Under the pieces are notes generated by a model. The model searched no databases. It was not told where the DNA came from and was given only the letters and a program-made list of their open reading frames with translations. The position numbers and the translations under genes were made by a program. Shown here in pieces: positions 47,294 to 57,311 of a stretch of 64,000 bases of DNA. Source of the stretch: Minisyncoccia bacterium. GTDB lineage: Bacteria; Patescibacteriota; Minisyncoccia; Phycocordibacterales; UBA2100. Position 1 is the stretch's first letter. Each line of letters starts with the position of its first letter. The stretch spans positions 38,432 through 102,431 of the forward strand of contig JBAQUX010000009.1 of the NCBI GenBank assembly GCA_049297775.1, read 5' to 3'.

Positions 47294-47737
47294 TTATTGT
47301 TGCGTTCGTGGTCTGTCCATCCCTGCAGGGCGGATTTGTACTGACTCGGCAGTCACACTTCCATCAGCGTTTGCCTTGCCCATAACCATAACGTTTATAC
47401 CTGCGGTGACATCAGCAAGAGCACCGGATACACTTTTTTGTACGGTGGTTGAGTCCTTACCATAAAATACTATTTTTGAGCTTCCATCGCGAAGTTTTAC
47501 GGTAAGACTAGTGTCATCTATTGAAAGCACTTCGCCTGCTACCATTCCCCCACCTTGTCCGCCACGCATGCCTCCGCGAGCAGCACCACCCATGCCTCTC
47601 GCTTGACCTCCTGCACCCTGACCACCGATTGCTGTCGTTGATGTTGCACGAGTCCCTGCGTAATATGTTCCTATAAAAAAAGAAATAAGTGCAGTTGCTA
47701 CGATGACTCCTCCGGCGACTGGTTTTGTTATATGCAT
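47294..47737 (-). CDS. Secreted/anchored Gly-rich hypothetical protein
   Basis: N-terminal TM/signal, GGQGAGGQARGMGGAARGGMRGGQGGGM low-complexity tract, then a beta-rich C-terminal domain; no family recognised. Confidence 0.35.
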   Translation of the reverse strand: MHITKPVAGGVIVATALISFFIGTYYAGTRATSTTAIGGQGAGGQARGMGGAARGGMRGGQGGGMVAGEVLSIDDTSLTVKLRDGSSKIVFYGKDSTTVQKSVSGALADVTAGINVMVMGKANADGSVTAESVQIRPAGMDRPRTQQ

Positions 47738-47773
47738 ATTTTTTTATTATATAATAATTTTCTTGACCTACTA

Positions 47774-48994
47774 CTATTCGTACCGCAATGCATCGATGGG
47801 ATTTAACCGTGCAGCACGAAGTGCTGGATAGTATCCGAACACAATACCAATTGCCGCAGAGACACCACACGCAAGCACAATTGATGATACTGAGATTTTT
47901 GTTTGCAAGAGTCCGGAATACGTGACCGCAAACGATACAAGCCATCCCAACGCAATACCCATAATACCTCCCGCGAGTGTGAGCATGACGGACTCAGCTA
48001 AAAACTGTCTGCTGATATCCTTTGCTCGTGCACCGATGGCTTTACGCAGTCCTATTTCTCGTGTTCGTTCTGTAACAGTAGTGAGCATCATATTCATAAT
48101 GCCGATACCGCCAACGATGAGAGAGATACCTGCGATTGCAGAAAGGAGTACCGTAAATGTTTGAGTAATGCTCGACATGGTTGCGAGCATGTCCGCCTGA
48201 TTCATCGTGCTGAAATCAGCCGGTGCACCGTCCTTTATATGATGTCGCTCGGTAAGCAGTGCGGTTACATCTGCTTGTACCTGTGAAGCAATTTCTGAAC
48301 TCTCCGCGGCAATACTTATGTTTGATATGTATGAATCTCCCGAAAGATATCGCTGTGCAGCAGACATCGGAATATAGATCATATCGTCTGGATTCGAAAA
48401 ACCACTACCACCCTTTGCAACGGTAACTCCAATGATTTTAAAGTCTACTTGCTTGATGCGGATATGCTGGCCAATGGCATCATTGTCGGCAAATAAATCT
48501 GTTTTTGTGGTTGGACCAATTACTGCGACGCGCGCACCACTTTTTACTTGCGAATCAGTAAGGAACGTTCCTTCTGTAACCTGAACATTGCGCACCTCTG
48601 TATAGATAGGTACGGTGCCCACCACTTGAGTATTGGTGTTCGTACCTTTTGCCGTTACTTGATACCGGCCCGTCACTTCTGGCGCCACACCCTTTACTGG
48701 TGTAATAGTCGTCACAATTGCATCATAATCTTCAAGAGTTATCGATTTTGCCGTGCCTCTGCCACCACTTACCGGTGACCCGGGGCCACGTTGTGTTCCT
48801 GGTTGTACAAAAATAAGATTCGCACCAATTGATTGAATGCTCTCACTGATGCTTGCCTGCGCACCTTGCCCAATAGAGGTCATAATCATGACTGAACTAA
48901 TACCAATAACGATACCAAGTACCGTAAGCCCTGAGCGTACTTTGTTTGCAGTAAGTGCAGTAAACGTCTCTTCTAAAATGTCTCGTGTTTTCAT
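47774..48994 (-). CDS. ABC transporter permease (MacB/FtsX-like with periplasmic domain)
   Basis: N-terminal TM, large extracytoplasmic MacB_PCD-like domain, C-terminal FtsX 3-TM bundle. Confidence 0.85.
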   Translation of the reverse strand: MKTRDILEETFTALTANKVRSGLTVLGIVIGISSVMIMTSIGQGAQASISESIQSIGANLIFVQPGTQRGPGSPVSGGRGTAKSITLEDYDAIVTTITPVKGVAPEVTGRYQVTAKGTNTNTQVVGTVPIYTEVRNVQVTEGTFLTDSQVKSGARVAVIGPTTKTDLFADNDAIGQHIRIKQVDFKIIGVTVAKGGSGFSNPDDMIYIPMSAAQRYLSGDSYISNISIAAESSEIASQVQADVTALLTERHHIKDGAPADFSTMNQADMLATMSSITQTFTVLLSAIAGISLIVGGIGIMNMMLTTVTERTREIGLRKAIGARAKDISRQFLAESVMLTLAGGIMGIALGWLVSFAVTYSGLLQTKISVSSIVLACGVSAAIGIVFGYYPALRAARLNPIDALRYE

Positions 48995-48999
48995 AGTGA

Positions 49000-49707
49000 T
49001 TAGTGTGCGTCGGTTATAGGCGATTCGACTTTTTCGTCACTCAAGATTTCGCCATCCTTAATAAAGATAATTCTGTCGGCATGCTCAGCAACATCGCGTT
49101 CGTGGGTAATAAGAACGATAGTGCGCCCAAGCTGACGGTTAAGTCTTTGGAATGTACCGAGCACAATCTCACCTGTCTTAGTATCGAGGTTTCCTGTTGG
49201 TTCATCGGCCAAAATCATTGCGGGATTATTCACAAGCGCACGAGCAATTGCAACACGCTGAATTTGTCCACCTGAAAGTTGATTTGAGAGGTGGAAGAAG
49301 TGTGACTCATTCAGGCCAGCAGATTTCAATGCATCCCTCGCACGGGCATCACGCTCAGCATCAGTTATATGTTCTTGGTACATCAGCGGTAACATAACGT
49401 TGCGCAAAACTGTGGTACGCGGTAACAAGTTAAACGACTGAAACACGAAGCCAATTTTTTCTCCACGAATTGTAGCGAGTTCGTCATCAGACAATGTAGA
49501 CATATCTTTTCCGTCGAGCATATAGGTGCCTGAGGTTGGTGTGTCGAGGGCTCCCAATATGTGCATCAGCGTAGACTTTCCTGAACCAGATGGTCCCATA
49601 ATCGCAACGAACTCCCCAGTGTTAATTGTGAAGCTCACACCTTTTAAGGCATGAAAAGGCTCGCCACCACTTGAGTATGTTTTTACTACTGAATTAATTG
49701 TTATCAT
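49000..49707 (-). CDS. ABC transporter ATP-binding protein (MacB/LolD-type)
   Basis: Walker A GPSGSGKST, Q-loop, signature LSGGQIQRVAIARAL, Walker B ILADEPTGNLD, H-loop LITHE. Confidence 0.9.
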   Translation of the reverse strand: MITINSVVKTYSSGGEPFHALKGVSFTINTGEFVAIMGPSGSGKSTLMHILGALDTPTSGTYMLDGKDMSTLSDDELATIRGEKIGFVFQSFNLLPRTTVLRNVMLPLMYQEHITDAERDARARDALKSAGLNESHFFHLSNQLSGGQIQRVAIARALVNNPAMILADEPTGNLDTKTGEIVLGTFQRLNRQLGRTIVLITHERDVAEHADRIIFIKDGEILSDEKVESPITDAH

Positions 49708-49722
49708 GGCTAGACAATTATC

Positions 49723-51405
49723 TTACCTTCCTCCTCTGCCACTTGGTGATGGAAAGAGCGATGGAGCTGTCGTTGTTTTTGCAGATGTTGCTGATATAGT
49801 TTTTGCAACAATCTCTTCTCCTTCAATAAGACCTAAAACAATCTCTACTTGTGTGTCGCTCGATATACCGATTTCTACGTTCTTTTGTTCTGGGGCAACC
49901 TTTGAAACACTTCCCGTCTCACCTTCAGCTGGTGCAGGCAACGGTGTGGCAAATACTTCTACAAAGCTTGCACCATTTTTTGTTTTTACAGATGAACTCG
50001 GCACGAGGAGTACATCTTGTTTTACATCGGTCACAATATTTGCGGTGACACTCATGCCTGGTTTTATTTTTTCATCATCAGCATCAAAGCCAACTTTTAC
50101 CACATAGGACACAACACCTTGGGTTACAGTACCTACCGTTTCAATCTCTAACACTTCACCAGCTACAGAGAAATCTTCGAGGGCGTCAAAGGTTAGTGTC
50201 GTCTTCTGACCTATTTTTATGCGCGCCACATCTACTTCATTCATGGTAACGCTTGCCACGCGCTTTTTTGTAATAAGTGTTGCGAGCGTTGTTCCTGAGC
50301 TCACACTTTCTCCTCGTTGTACAGGAACCGAAGTAATAGTACCTCCAAATGGAGCAGTGATAGTGTAATCATTCAGTGCAAGCTGAGCGTCGTATAATGC
50401 ATTTTGTCGCTGACGAATACTCAAATTTTTTGACTCAATTTCAAGTGGCGTAGCCCCCGCTTTTAAGTCAGAAATTTTTTGTTTCTGCTCAGCGATTGTT
50501 TGTTCTGCATCCTTATATGCTTTATCTCTGTTGAGGACGGCATTCTGATACGCAGTGTTGTTACTCAGGTAGCTTGAAGATTTTGTGTTTGGAATTTTAA
50601 CAATCCAGCGCATACCGCCCAATGATATTGCGGGGTTGTTTATTGTTGACGAAGGAAACTGAATATACAAACCACTCGTACCCATTGGCTGGGCACTCGT
50701 ATTTACTGTACCGTACCCGCTCACCAAACCGCTCGCTTCAAAACGCGCTGATGAGCCCGTTGAACCAGTAGCGAGGATGATAATCTCACCTTCTTTTTCT
50801 CCAGTATACGTTCCTGTGATTGTTGGTGCGACTTGTTCATTTAAAAAGACATCTGGAAGTGCCTCGAATGAGGAATTGAGAAGTGCGCGATATGATGTTG
50901 CAACCGTTCTATCTGCGTCAGTCTTTTGTTGTTCCGCATTCTTAATCGCATTTTGTGCCTGAAGATATGCAAGTGAATCATTTGGTTCCATGAGTTGCTT
51001 TAGGTCGAGTCGTGCAATTTCAAGACTTGTTTGTGCATCACGAAGTGCCTTACGTGCATCTCGTGCATCAATTGTTGCAAGTACTTGTCCTGCACGAACA
51101 GTAGCGCCTGACTTTACCGGGAGCGAAACCAGCTCGCCGCTCACACGAGGTTTTACATCTATCTGGTTGAGTGCGGTAACTTGCCCCGTGCCCGTTACTG
51201 ATGCAACAAGTGTGCCCTTCTCGACTTTTGTAAAAGTATATCGTGTTTCTGCTGTTGCAGATTTTGAATAATAGTAATAACCACCCAATAAGAGGAGCGC
51301 AAGAAGTACTAATGATTTTTTAGTATGCACGCGAGCAAATGCAACAGTACGACTGAGCACGGCTTTGCCTTTTGAAAAAAGGTCTGTAGTTTGAGGAATA
51401 TTCAT
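49723..51405 (-). CDS. Efflux transporter periplasmic adaptor subunit (HlyD/MacA family), unusually long (560 aa)
   Basis: N-terminal TM anchor, long coiled-coil hairpin (LEIARLDLKQL..., IAEQKQKISDLKAG...), lipoyl/beta-barrel segments; operonic with the ABC ATPase and permease. Confidence 0.65.
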   Translation of the reverse strand: MNIPQTTDLFSKGKAVLSRTVAFARVHTKKSLVLLALLLLGGYYYYSKSATAETRYTFTKVEKGTLVASVTGTGQVTALNQIDVKPRVSGELVSLPVKSGATVRAGQVLATIDARDARKALRDAQTSLEIARLDLKQLMEPNDSLAYLQAQNAIKNAEQQKTDADRTVATSYRALLNSSFEALPDVFLNEQVAPTITGTYTGEKEGEIIILATGSTGSSARFEASGLVSGYGTVNTSAQPMGTSGLYIQFPSSTINNPAISLGGMRWIVKIPNTKSSSYLSNNTAYQNAVLNRDKAYKDAEQTIAEQKQKISDLKAGATPLEIESKNLSIRQRQNALYDAQLALNDYTITAPFGGTITSVPVQRGESVSSGTTLATLITKKRVASVTMNEVDVARIKIGQKTTLTFDALEDFSVAGEVLEIETVGTVTQGVVSYVVKVGFDADDEKIKPGMSVTANIVTDVKQDVLLVPSSSVKTKNGASFVEVFATPLPAPAEGETGSVSKVAPEQKNVEIGISSDTQVEIVLGLIEGEEIVAKTISATSAKTTTAPSLFPSPSGRGGR

Positions 51406-51409
51406 ATGC

Positions 51410-52105
51410 TTAATGTGTACTGCTGATTTCTAATGTTTTAACGATATCTGCAACGATCATGCCCCCAGTACGTGTACCAAGAATTGCCAGTATATCACCT
51501 TCACTCACTGGTGCGGAAGACGTATAAGTAGTGGATTCCGTTACTATAATCGCTAAAATCTCGTCATGTCTGTCGCGCAGAATAAAACCTTCTGGCTGTA
51601 CTGCAATAACTACACCGCGCGCGACGGGGCGTGTATGTGGGGGTCTATATCGGTCATGCACAGATTTTAGAAATGGCATTTCACCTCGCTCTCCTATTCG
51701 GCCAAAAGCCATACGTTGGTCAAATTTTGCAACACCAAGAGTGGTCGCGATACCTATCGCGCACAAAAACGATATGGTAGCGATAATGGAGATACGATAT
51801 GCATGTGCATACACGCGCATCAAGATAGTCATAGTAATAATGAGTGCAACGATAGTTGCGAGTATAAGGATTGGAAATGTATGGATAATCATGTACACAC
51901 CGCGCGGTCCAAAACCGAGCATCTCAAAAAATTCCATTTCATGCGACACAAGTAATACAAAGCTTGTCATGTAGAGCGCGAGCATTCCTGCAACAAATAT
52001 GGTGCCCCATGACAGCAGTTTCTCTAGTCTAAATTTCCATGACGGCTTTTGCTGTATGAGGCCAGCAGAAATTTTTTCTAGTACTTTTTTGTGTATATCA
52101 TTCAT
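51410..52105 (-). CDS. Putative anti-sigma factor (membrane protein, 4 TM) translationally coupled to the ECF sigma gene
   Basis: Start overlaps the sigma gene stop by 8 nt; multi-TM protein with short cytoplasmic N-terminus; classification by context only. Confidence 0.35.
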   Translation of the reverse strand: MNDIHKKVLEKISAGLIQQKPSWKFRLEKLLSWGTIFVAGMLALYMTSFVLLVSHEMEFFEMLGFGPRGVYMIIHTFPILILATIVALIITMTILMRVYAHAYRISIIATISFLCAIGIATTLGVAKFDQRMAFGRIGERGEMPFLKSVHDRYRPPHTRPVARGVVIAVQPEGFILRDRHDEILAIIVTESTTYTSSAPVSEGDILAILGTRTGGMIVADIVKTLEISSTH

Positions 52106-52667
52106 ATGTATGTATATTTTTTTCTGCTAATAATTTTTCTACCATCTTTTTACCGCGATAAATTTTTACGCCAACGGATGAAACTGGAATGCGGAGCACT
52201 TCGGCAATATCTTTGTAACTCATTTCATCGTAATAATGCAGAATGAGTATTGCTCTATACCCTTCATCAATTTTTTCTAAAATAGTATCGAGAATCTGCT
52301 TCATATGAGAGCGTTCAGACTCAGTATCAGATTTTTCTACCGCTATAAAGTGTGGGAGCAGTACGTCTGGGTCGAACCACGAGAGTGGAGTCGTCCGCCG
52401 CTTCCGAATGACATTCACGGCTTCATTATGCGCAATGCGATAAATCCAGGGAGAAAATTTTTGTGACGCATCAAATCCTTGAATTTGCTCGTAGACCTTG
52501 ATAAACACGTCTTGCAGCGTATCTGCGACATCGTCTGCATCACGCAAAATGCGGCGCAAATACCGAGTGAGCTTATCTTCATACGGCGATACGAGTTGCG
52601 CAAATGCGCCTATTTCGCCACATTGGACACGTACTGCCAATTGCTCGTCTGATTCTAATGCATGCAT
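52098..52667 (-). CDS. RNA polymerase sigma factor, ECF (sigma-70 family group 4)
   Basis: Region 2 motifs (DTLQDVFIKVYEQIQGF, PWIYRIAHNEAVNVIRKR) and region 4 HTH (MSYKDIAEVLRIPVSSVGVKIYRGKKM); 189 aa. Confidence 0.85.
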   Translation of the reverse strand: MHALESDEQLAVRVQCGEIGAFAQLVSPYEDKLTRYLRRILRDADDVADTLQDVFIKVYEQIQGFDASQKFSPWIYRIAHNEAVNVIRKRRTTPLSWFDPDVLLPHFIAVEKSDTESERSHMKQILDTILEKIDEGYRAILILHYYDEMSYKDIAEVLRIPVSSVGVKIYRGKKMVEKLLAEKNIHTYE

Positions 52668-52796
52668 TACCTCTATAGTACACGCGACTCAGGAAAATAT
52701 TACACAAGGACGAAGACATGTAATAAATGTACCGCCACAGCGTAGTAGTGAGTATGCAGGTATCTGCATGGACGATTACACACTAACTCTAAAAGT

Positions 52797-53531
52797 ATGA
52801 AGAAAAAATATTTACTTGTCCCTATGTTACTTCTTTCACTCCAAAGTGGCGTAGCAGCGGCTGCAGAAACAACCTCCTTTACTGCGCCAAGCGAAATGCA
52901 GAAACTACGAGGCACAGCGCAGACTGTGCAACGCACTGCCGAGCGAAATGCTGAACTGGCACAAATTCTTGGAATGAATGTTGCAGATTTTACAAAACTT
53001 TTCTCCGAAGGAAAAACATTTCAAGACATCATTGTCTCACAAGGGCTTTCAATTGATGTAGTACTTGAAAAATTGAAAGCACAGAGAAAGCTAAAAGTGA
53101 ACGCTCGGATTGATGCTGACGTTGCCTCTGGAAAAATCACACAGACTGAGGCAGATGCTTTGAAAAACGCACCGCAACCAAGACTCGATGCTGTAGGTGC
53201 AAAGAGAATGAGCATGCAGGGTATGATGGGAAATAAGTTTGGCAACGACACGGGTAAACGCCCGCTCGTGCATAAAAAAGGTATGGGCCCACTTGAACCA
53301 CTAGCAAAAATTCTTGGCACAACAAAGGAAGACCTTGAGGCTCAGATGAAGGCCGGAAAGACTATTGATGAAATAATTACCGCGAAAGGATTAACAAAAG
53401 ATGCAGTGATGGCACAACTAAAAACGCTTATGCCTCCCCACAAGGAAGGAGGTAGAGGTGGCATGATGGGCGGGCCAAGAAAGGACGGCCGTGAGAATGG
53501 TGGCCCTAGACCTGGTACACCCGGTCAATAG
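52797..53531 (+). CDS. Secreted hypothetical protein (signal peptide; Met/Gly/Lys-rich C-terminus), divergent from the ECF sigma operon
   Basis: Signal MKKKYLLVPMLLLSLQSGVAAAA; repeated helical K/A-rich segments; C-terminal GGRGGMMGGPRKDGRENGGPRPG. Confidence 0.4.
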   Translation: MKKKYLLVPMLLLSLQSGVAAAAETTSFTAPSEMQKLRGTAQTVQRTAERNAELAQILGMNVADFTKLFSEGKTFQDIIVSQGLSIDVVLEKLKAQRKLKVNARIDADVASGKITQTEADALKNAPQPRLDAVGAKRMSMQGMMGNKFGNDTGKRPLVHKKGMGPLEPLAKILGTTKEDLEAQMKAGKTIDEIITAKGLTKDAVMAQLKTLMPPHKEGGRGGMMGGPRKDGRENGGPRPGTPGQ

Positions 53532-53584
53532 AACGGAGTATCTAAATAGTAGCAACTCGCGAACACGTACAACAGACCTCTCTA

Positions 53585-53613
53585 CAAAAAAGCTTCCATT
53601 CGGAAGCTTTTTT
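53585..53613. terminator. Bidirectional rho-independent terminator (aaaaa-agcttccattcggaagctt-ttttt)
   Basis: 8-bp stem with 4-nt loop, flanking A/T runs between convergent genes. Confidence 0.75.
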
Positions 53614-53621
53614 GTAGCATG

Positions 53622-56417
53622 CTACTCACCTTTCAAGTCACCTGAAATAAATACTGAGAACTGTTCAGGGGAAAAGTATTTTTTTGCAATATGTTGTACG
53701 TCTGCTGGCGTTACTGTCTCAAGCGCATCAAGGAAACGTTGCTGAAACGCCAATGTGCGCTCATTGTACTCATGCCACACGATTGTTTGTGCAAGGCTTG
53801 CATCACTTGCGGACAAATCGCGCATATAATTTATTAAGCCTTTTTTAATTCGTATAAATTCTTCATCAGGGACGCGTTCACGTTGCATGCGTCGTAATTC
53901 ATCTGCAATACTTGATTCAACTTTCAAAATATTTTGAGGTGCGCCAACTGCATGAATCATAAATCTTCCTGTTGGACCATCTCTATCAACTGAGAGCGCA
54001 GAACCGCTGCTGTAACTCATGCCTTCTTTTTCTCGTACTCGCGCAGTAATTCGTGAAGCAAAGGGGTCACTACCTAAAATTGCATCTGCAACAAGAAATG
54101 CAGGATATTCAGGGTCAGTATCGACCATTTGAATTGGTTGCACTGCGTAATATACGGCATTTTGTTTGTCGGAAACTGGCATAACAGCGCGGATGGGCTC
54201 TGCGGTTACTGGCTGGTAGGTCATCCGTTCATAAGGCTTCTTACTTGCCCAGGTACCAAATTTTTCAGAAATTACTTTTTCTATGTCGACTGCGACAAAC
54301 TCTCCCACAACGGCAATTTCTCCCCTGCTTGTACCGTAAAAGTCTTTAAAGAATGATGCTACCTGTGCAGCTGTCATCGCACGCAACGCGTCCACCCGTT
54401 CTACGCTTGTGGGGTTCGCTCGAATGTCGTCTCGTGCATATGGGTCATAATGTTTCGTTTGCGCATCACGGATGACTGCTTCCGGGTCTGTGAGCGCGCC
54501 TTCTGTTGAAGCTAGCGCTTGTTCGCGTGCAGTCTCAAGTGTGGCAGGAGTAATAAGCGGATTACGAACAACATCATATACAAGATTCATAACTTCTGTG
54601 AGTGATTCCTTCGGGCATTGTATAGAAACAAAAAATGCGCCACCTGAGCCAGTCACTGTGGCGGTTGCCTTATATGCTACAAGTTTTTCCTGAATTTCTT
54701 CTTTAGAAAGCGTAGTGGTACCTAGGAAAAATAGTTGCGGGAGTATATCGGAAATAACTCCATATCCGCGCATACCTGTGAGAGTTCCTACATGAAACTG
54801 CATCTCTACAAACACTTGGTTGTCTCTTGTTTCCTTTGGTACCAACGAAACAGAAATGTTACCAATTTTTTTTCGTGTGATTCTTTCTTCAATTTTTAAC
54901 GGCTCGCGTGGCATGACTTCACCACTTTCTATTACAGTATGTGCAACAAGTGCATTCAGTTCCTGCTGTAGTTCTTGTGCCGTCACTTCAGGTATGTGCA
55001 CTTTATTCTGACTTGTGACTGGCGTGTAGATTCCTAGAGTTCTATTTGATGCCTGGAGATATTTTCCAGCAACAAGGAGAACATCATCGCGAGTAACATT
55101 TTTGAGTCGTTCTTGATGTAAGAAATATGAACGCCAATCTCCTAAGGCAATAAATTCTGTAAGGCCTATAGCAAACGACACCGCATCTGTTTCATTTTTT
55201 CGATAACTCTCAAGGATTTCATTTTTCGCTCGCGTTATTTGTGCATCAGAAATATAGGTATCTAAAAACGTCGTGCTGGGCAATGCATCAAGGAGCTCCC
55301 TGAGTGCAACCTCTCGAGAGGCACGCTGTGCAGCTGTTGCATTTTTTTGTGATATAGCTATCAGTAACTGTCCTGGGTCTTTTGTGAGCGTGAGATATGC
55401 AGATGCGTCGACTGCAATATTTCTCGATACCAATTCGCTATAAAGCGGACCTGATGGATTTTGCCCGAGAATATGTGCGAGCACATCAAGTGCAGGAATA
55501 TCGGGATGCACCGCACCCGGTACATGATACGAGACAGTAAGTTGTGGCACCCCACCTACACGTTCAATACGCACCGTACGCTCACCTTCTTGTGGTGGCT
55601 CTATTGTATATGTTTCTTCAATAGTTTTTTCGCTTTTTTTAAGCAACCCAAATTCCTTCTGAATTTTCTTACGCATTTCATCACTGGTAAAGTTACCAGC
55701 GACAACGAGTACTGCATTATTTGGCTGATAGTACTTCTTATAAAATTCTTTGAGCCTCCATGCCGGTACACGCTCAACATCCGACCGTGCGCCGATGGTT
55801 GATTTTCCATAGTTATGCCAGGTAAATGCGACATTGGTAACTTGTTCACTAAGCGTTGCGGCTGGGTCATTTTCTCCTATCTCCATTTCATTGCGCACGA
55901 CTGAAAATTCACTTTCTAAATCTTTTTGATCAAAAAATGCATTATGCATTCTATCGGCCTCGAGACTCAATGCCCAGTCTATATTTACTGGATCAGCCGT
56001 AACCACCTCATAATAATTGGTGCGGTCTACCCATGTCGTTGCGTTTGCCTCAGTGGCATATTCTGAAATTTCAACTGGTATATCAATGTGGTTTTTCGAG
56101 CCCTTAAACATCATATGCTCAATGAGGTGCGCCATGCCAGTTTCCCCATATCCTTCATGTCTTGAGCCCACTAAATATGTAATATTTACTGCAACAGACG
56201 CGCTTGACGTGTCGGGAATAAGTAGCACACGCAACCCATTCTGAAGCACATACTCTTCAACTCCATTAAAAGTGCGCACGTGCCGTTCGGTAGACTTACG
56301 TGCACTTTCAGAAGAAAATGGTTGTAGCGCAACACCGAGGGATATGAGCGAGAGCGCAATCAAGCTCATAAGTGCGCCACCTATAACATAGTTATTGCGT
56401 ACCCACGCCAGATTCAT
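53622..56417 (-). CDS. M16-family (pitrilysin/insulinase-like) zinc peptidase, two tandem M16 units, N-terminal TM/signal
   Basis: Inverted zinc-binding motif HLIEHMMFKGS (HxxEH) in the first unit; second inactive-type M16 unit; 931 aa. Confidence 0.8.
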   Translation of the reverse strand: MNLAWVRNNYVIGGALMSLIALSLISLGVALQPFSSESARKSTERHVRTFNGVEEYVLQNGLRVLLIPDTSSASVAVNITYLVGSRHEGYGETGMAHLIEHMMFKGSKNHIDIPVEISEYATEANATTWVDRTNYYEVVTADPVNIDWALSLEADRMHNAFFDQKDLESEFSVVRNEMEIGENDPAATLSEQVTNVAFTWHNYGKSTIGARSDVERVPAWRLKEFYKKYYQPNNAVLVVAGNFTSDEMRKKIQKEFGLLKKSEKTIEETYTIEPPQEGERTVRIERVGGVPQLTVSYHVPGAVHPDIPALDVLAHILGQNPSGPLYSELVSRNIAVDASAYLTLTKDPGQLLIAISQKNATAAQRASREVALRELLDALPSTTFLDTYISDAQITRAKNEILESYRKNETDAVSFAIGLTEFIALGDWRSYFLHQERLKNVTRDDVLLVAGKYLQASNRTLGIYTPVTSQNKVHIPEVTAQELQQELNALVAHTVIESGEVMPREPLKIEERITRKKIGNISVSLVPKETRDNQVFVEMQFHVGTLTGMRGYGVISDILPQLFFLGTTTLSKEEIQEKLVAYKATATVTGSGGAFFVSIQCPKESLTEVMNLVYDVVRNPLITPATLETAREQALASTEGALTDPEAVIRDAQTKHYDPYARDDIRANPTSVERVDALRAMTAAQVASFFKDFYGTSRGEIAVVGEFVAVDIEKVISEKFGTWASKKPYERMTYQPVTAEPIRAVMPVSDKQNAVYYAVQPIQMVDTDPEYPAFLVADAILGSDPFASRITARVREKEGMSYSSGSALSVDRDGPTGRFMIHAVGAPQNILKVESSIADELRRMQRERVPDEEFIRIKKGLINYMRDLSASDASLAQTIVWHEYNERTLAFQQRFLDALETVTPADVQHIAKKYFSPEQFSVFISGDLKGE

Positions 56418-56470
56418 CGCATCAGTATACCACCAGAGAACTTTACTTAATCAAAAAAGATTTTGTTTGT

Positions 56471-57292
56471 TTATAAGTACTGTAAAACACTAAAAGTATG
56501 AGTGACGTCCAGCATAATAAACGTAGCGATAAGAATGCAGAGACAGCGAACAAAAAATGAAACTGAATATATTTGTGCAGGATAATTGTACTTTCTGAGA
56601 GCAATTGCGGAAAGTAGAGTCATACAGATAAATCCAACAAACATGATTTCCATTGCTGGGTAACGTAGAAAATTGAAAATCGCCATAACTGGATCCACCA
56701 TATCTTTTCCATACTGAGCAGCAACAACTAACTGAAGACCGAACGACGTACCGAAGAAAAAAAGTGGGGCCAATAAAATATACACGCTCTGTGCGAATAA
56801 GAGCGCATGAATAGAACTCCCTGAATATATGTACATACGCTTCGCAATAATCCATGTGAGCACACACAAAATAAGTGCAACTCCCGCAGGATATAAGAGC
56901 CACCCAGCAGTCACACCTATCTCTCCATCTTGTAGTAACGGTAGTACACCAAATCCTTTCGGGACGGTCAGTGATAACGCAAAAACGGCAAGAAACAACG
57001 AGCCAACACTGAGTCCATAGAACGAGCTCGTATACAGAAGCTCAGTCACTATTGAATTTTTTCGTGGCTGAACCGCCACAACAGTCTGCTTTTCTACAAT
57101 GTCTTCATTCACTTCACCCTTTACAGGCATCTTTGGAACAGCTGGGATATCCGTGGTTCGCACCACTTCAAATGCATCTTTTAAATCTTCTTCAGACCAG
57201 CCCCCAGGAGCAAGTCCTGTGCGAATATCAGCCTCACTGGTACCAATTTTTGTTTGGAGCCTAATATAGTTGATGAGTTGCGGGTTTGCCAT
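56471..57292 (-). CDS. Hypothetical integral membrane protein (about 7 TM)
   Basis: Hydrophobic; no family recognised. Confidence 0.35.
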   Translation of the reverse strand: MANPQLINYIRLQTKIGTSEADIRTGLAPGGWSEEDLKDAFEVVRTTDIPAVPKMPVKGEVNEDIVEKQTVVAVQPRKNSIVTELLYTSSFYGLSVGSLFLAVFALSLTVPKGFGVLPLLQDGEIGVTAGWLLYPAGVALILCVLTWIIAKRMYIYSGSSIHALLFAQSVYILLAPLFFFGTSFGLQLVVAAQYGKDMVDPVMAIFNFLRYPAMEIMFVGFICMTLLSAIALRKYNYPAQIYSVSFFVRCLCILIATFIMLDVTHTFSVLQYL

Positions 57293-57311
57293 ATACGTAT
57301 CGTATCACGCT

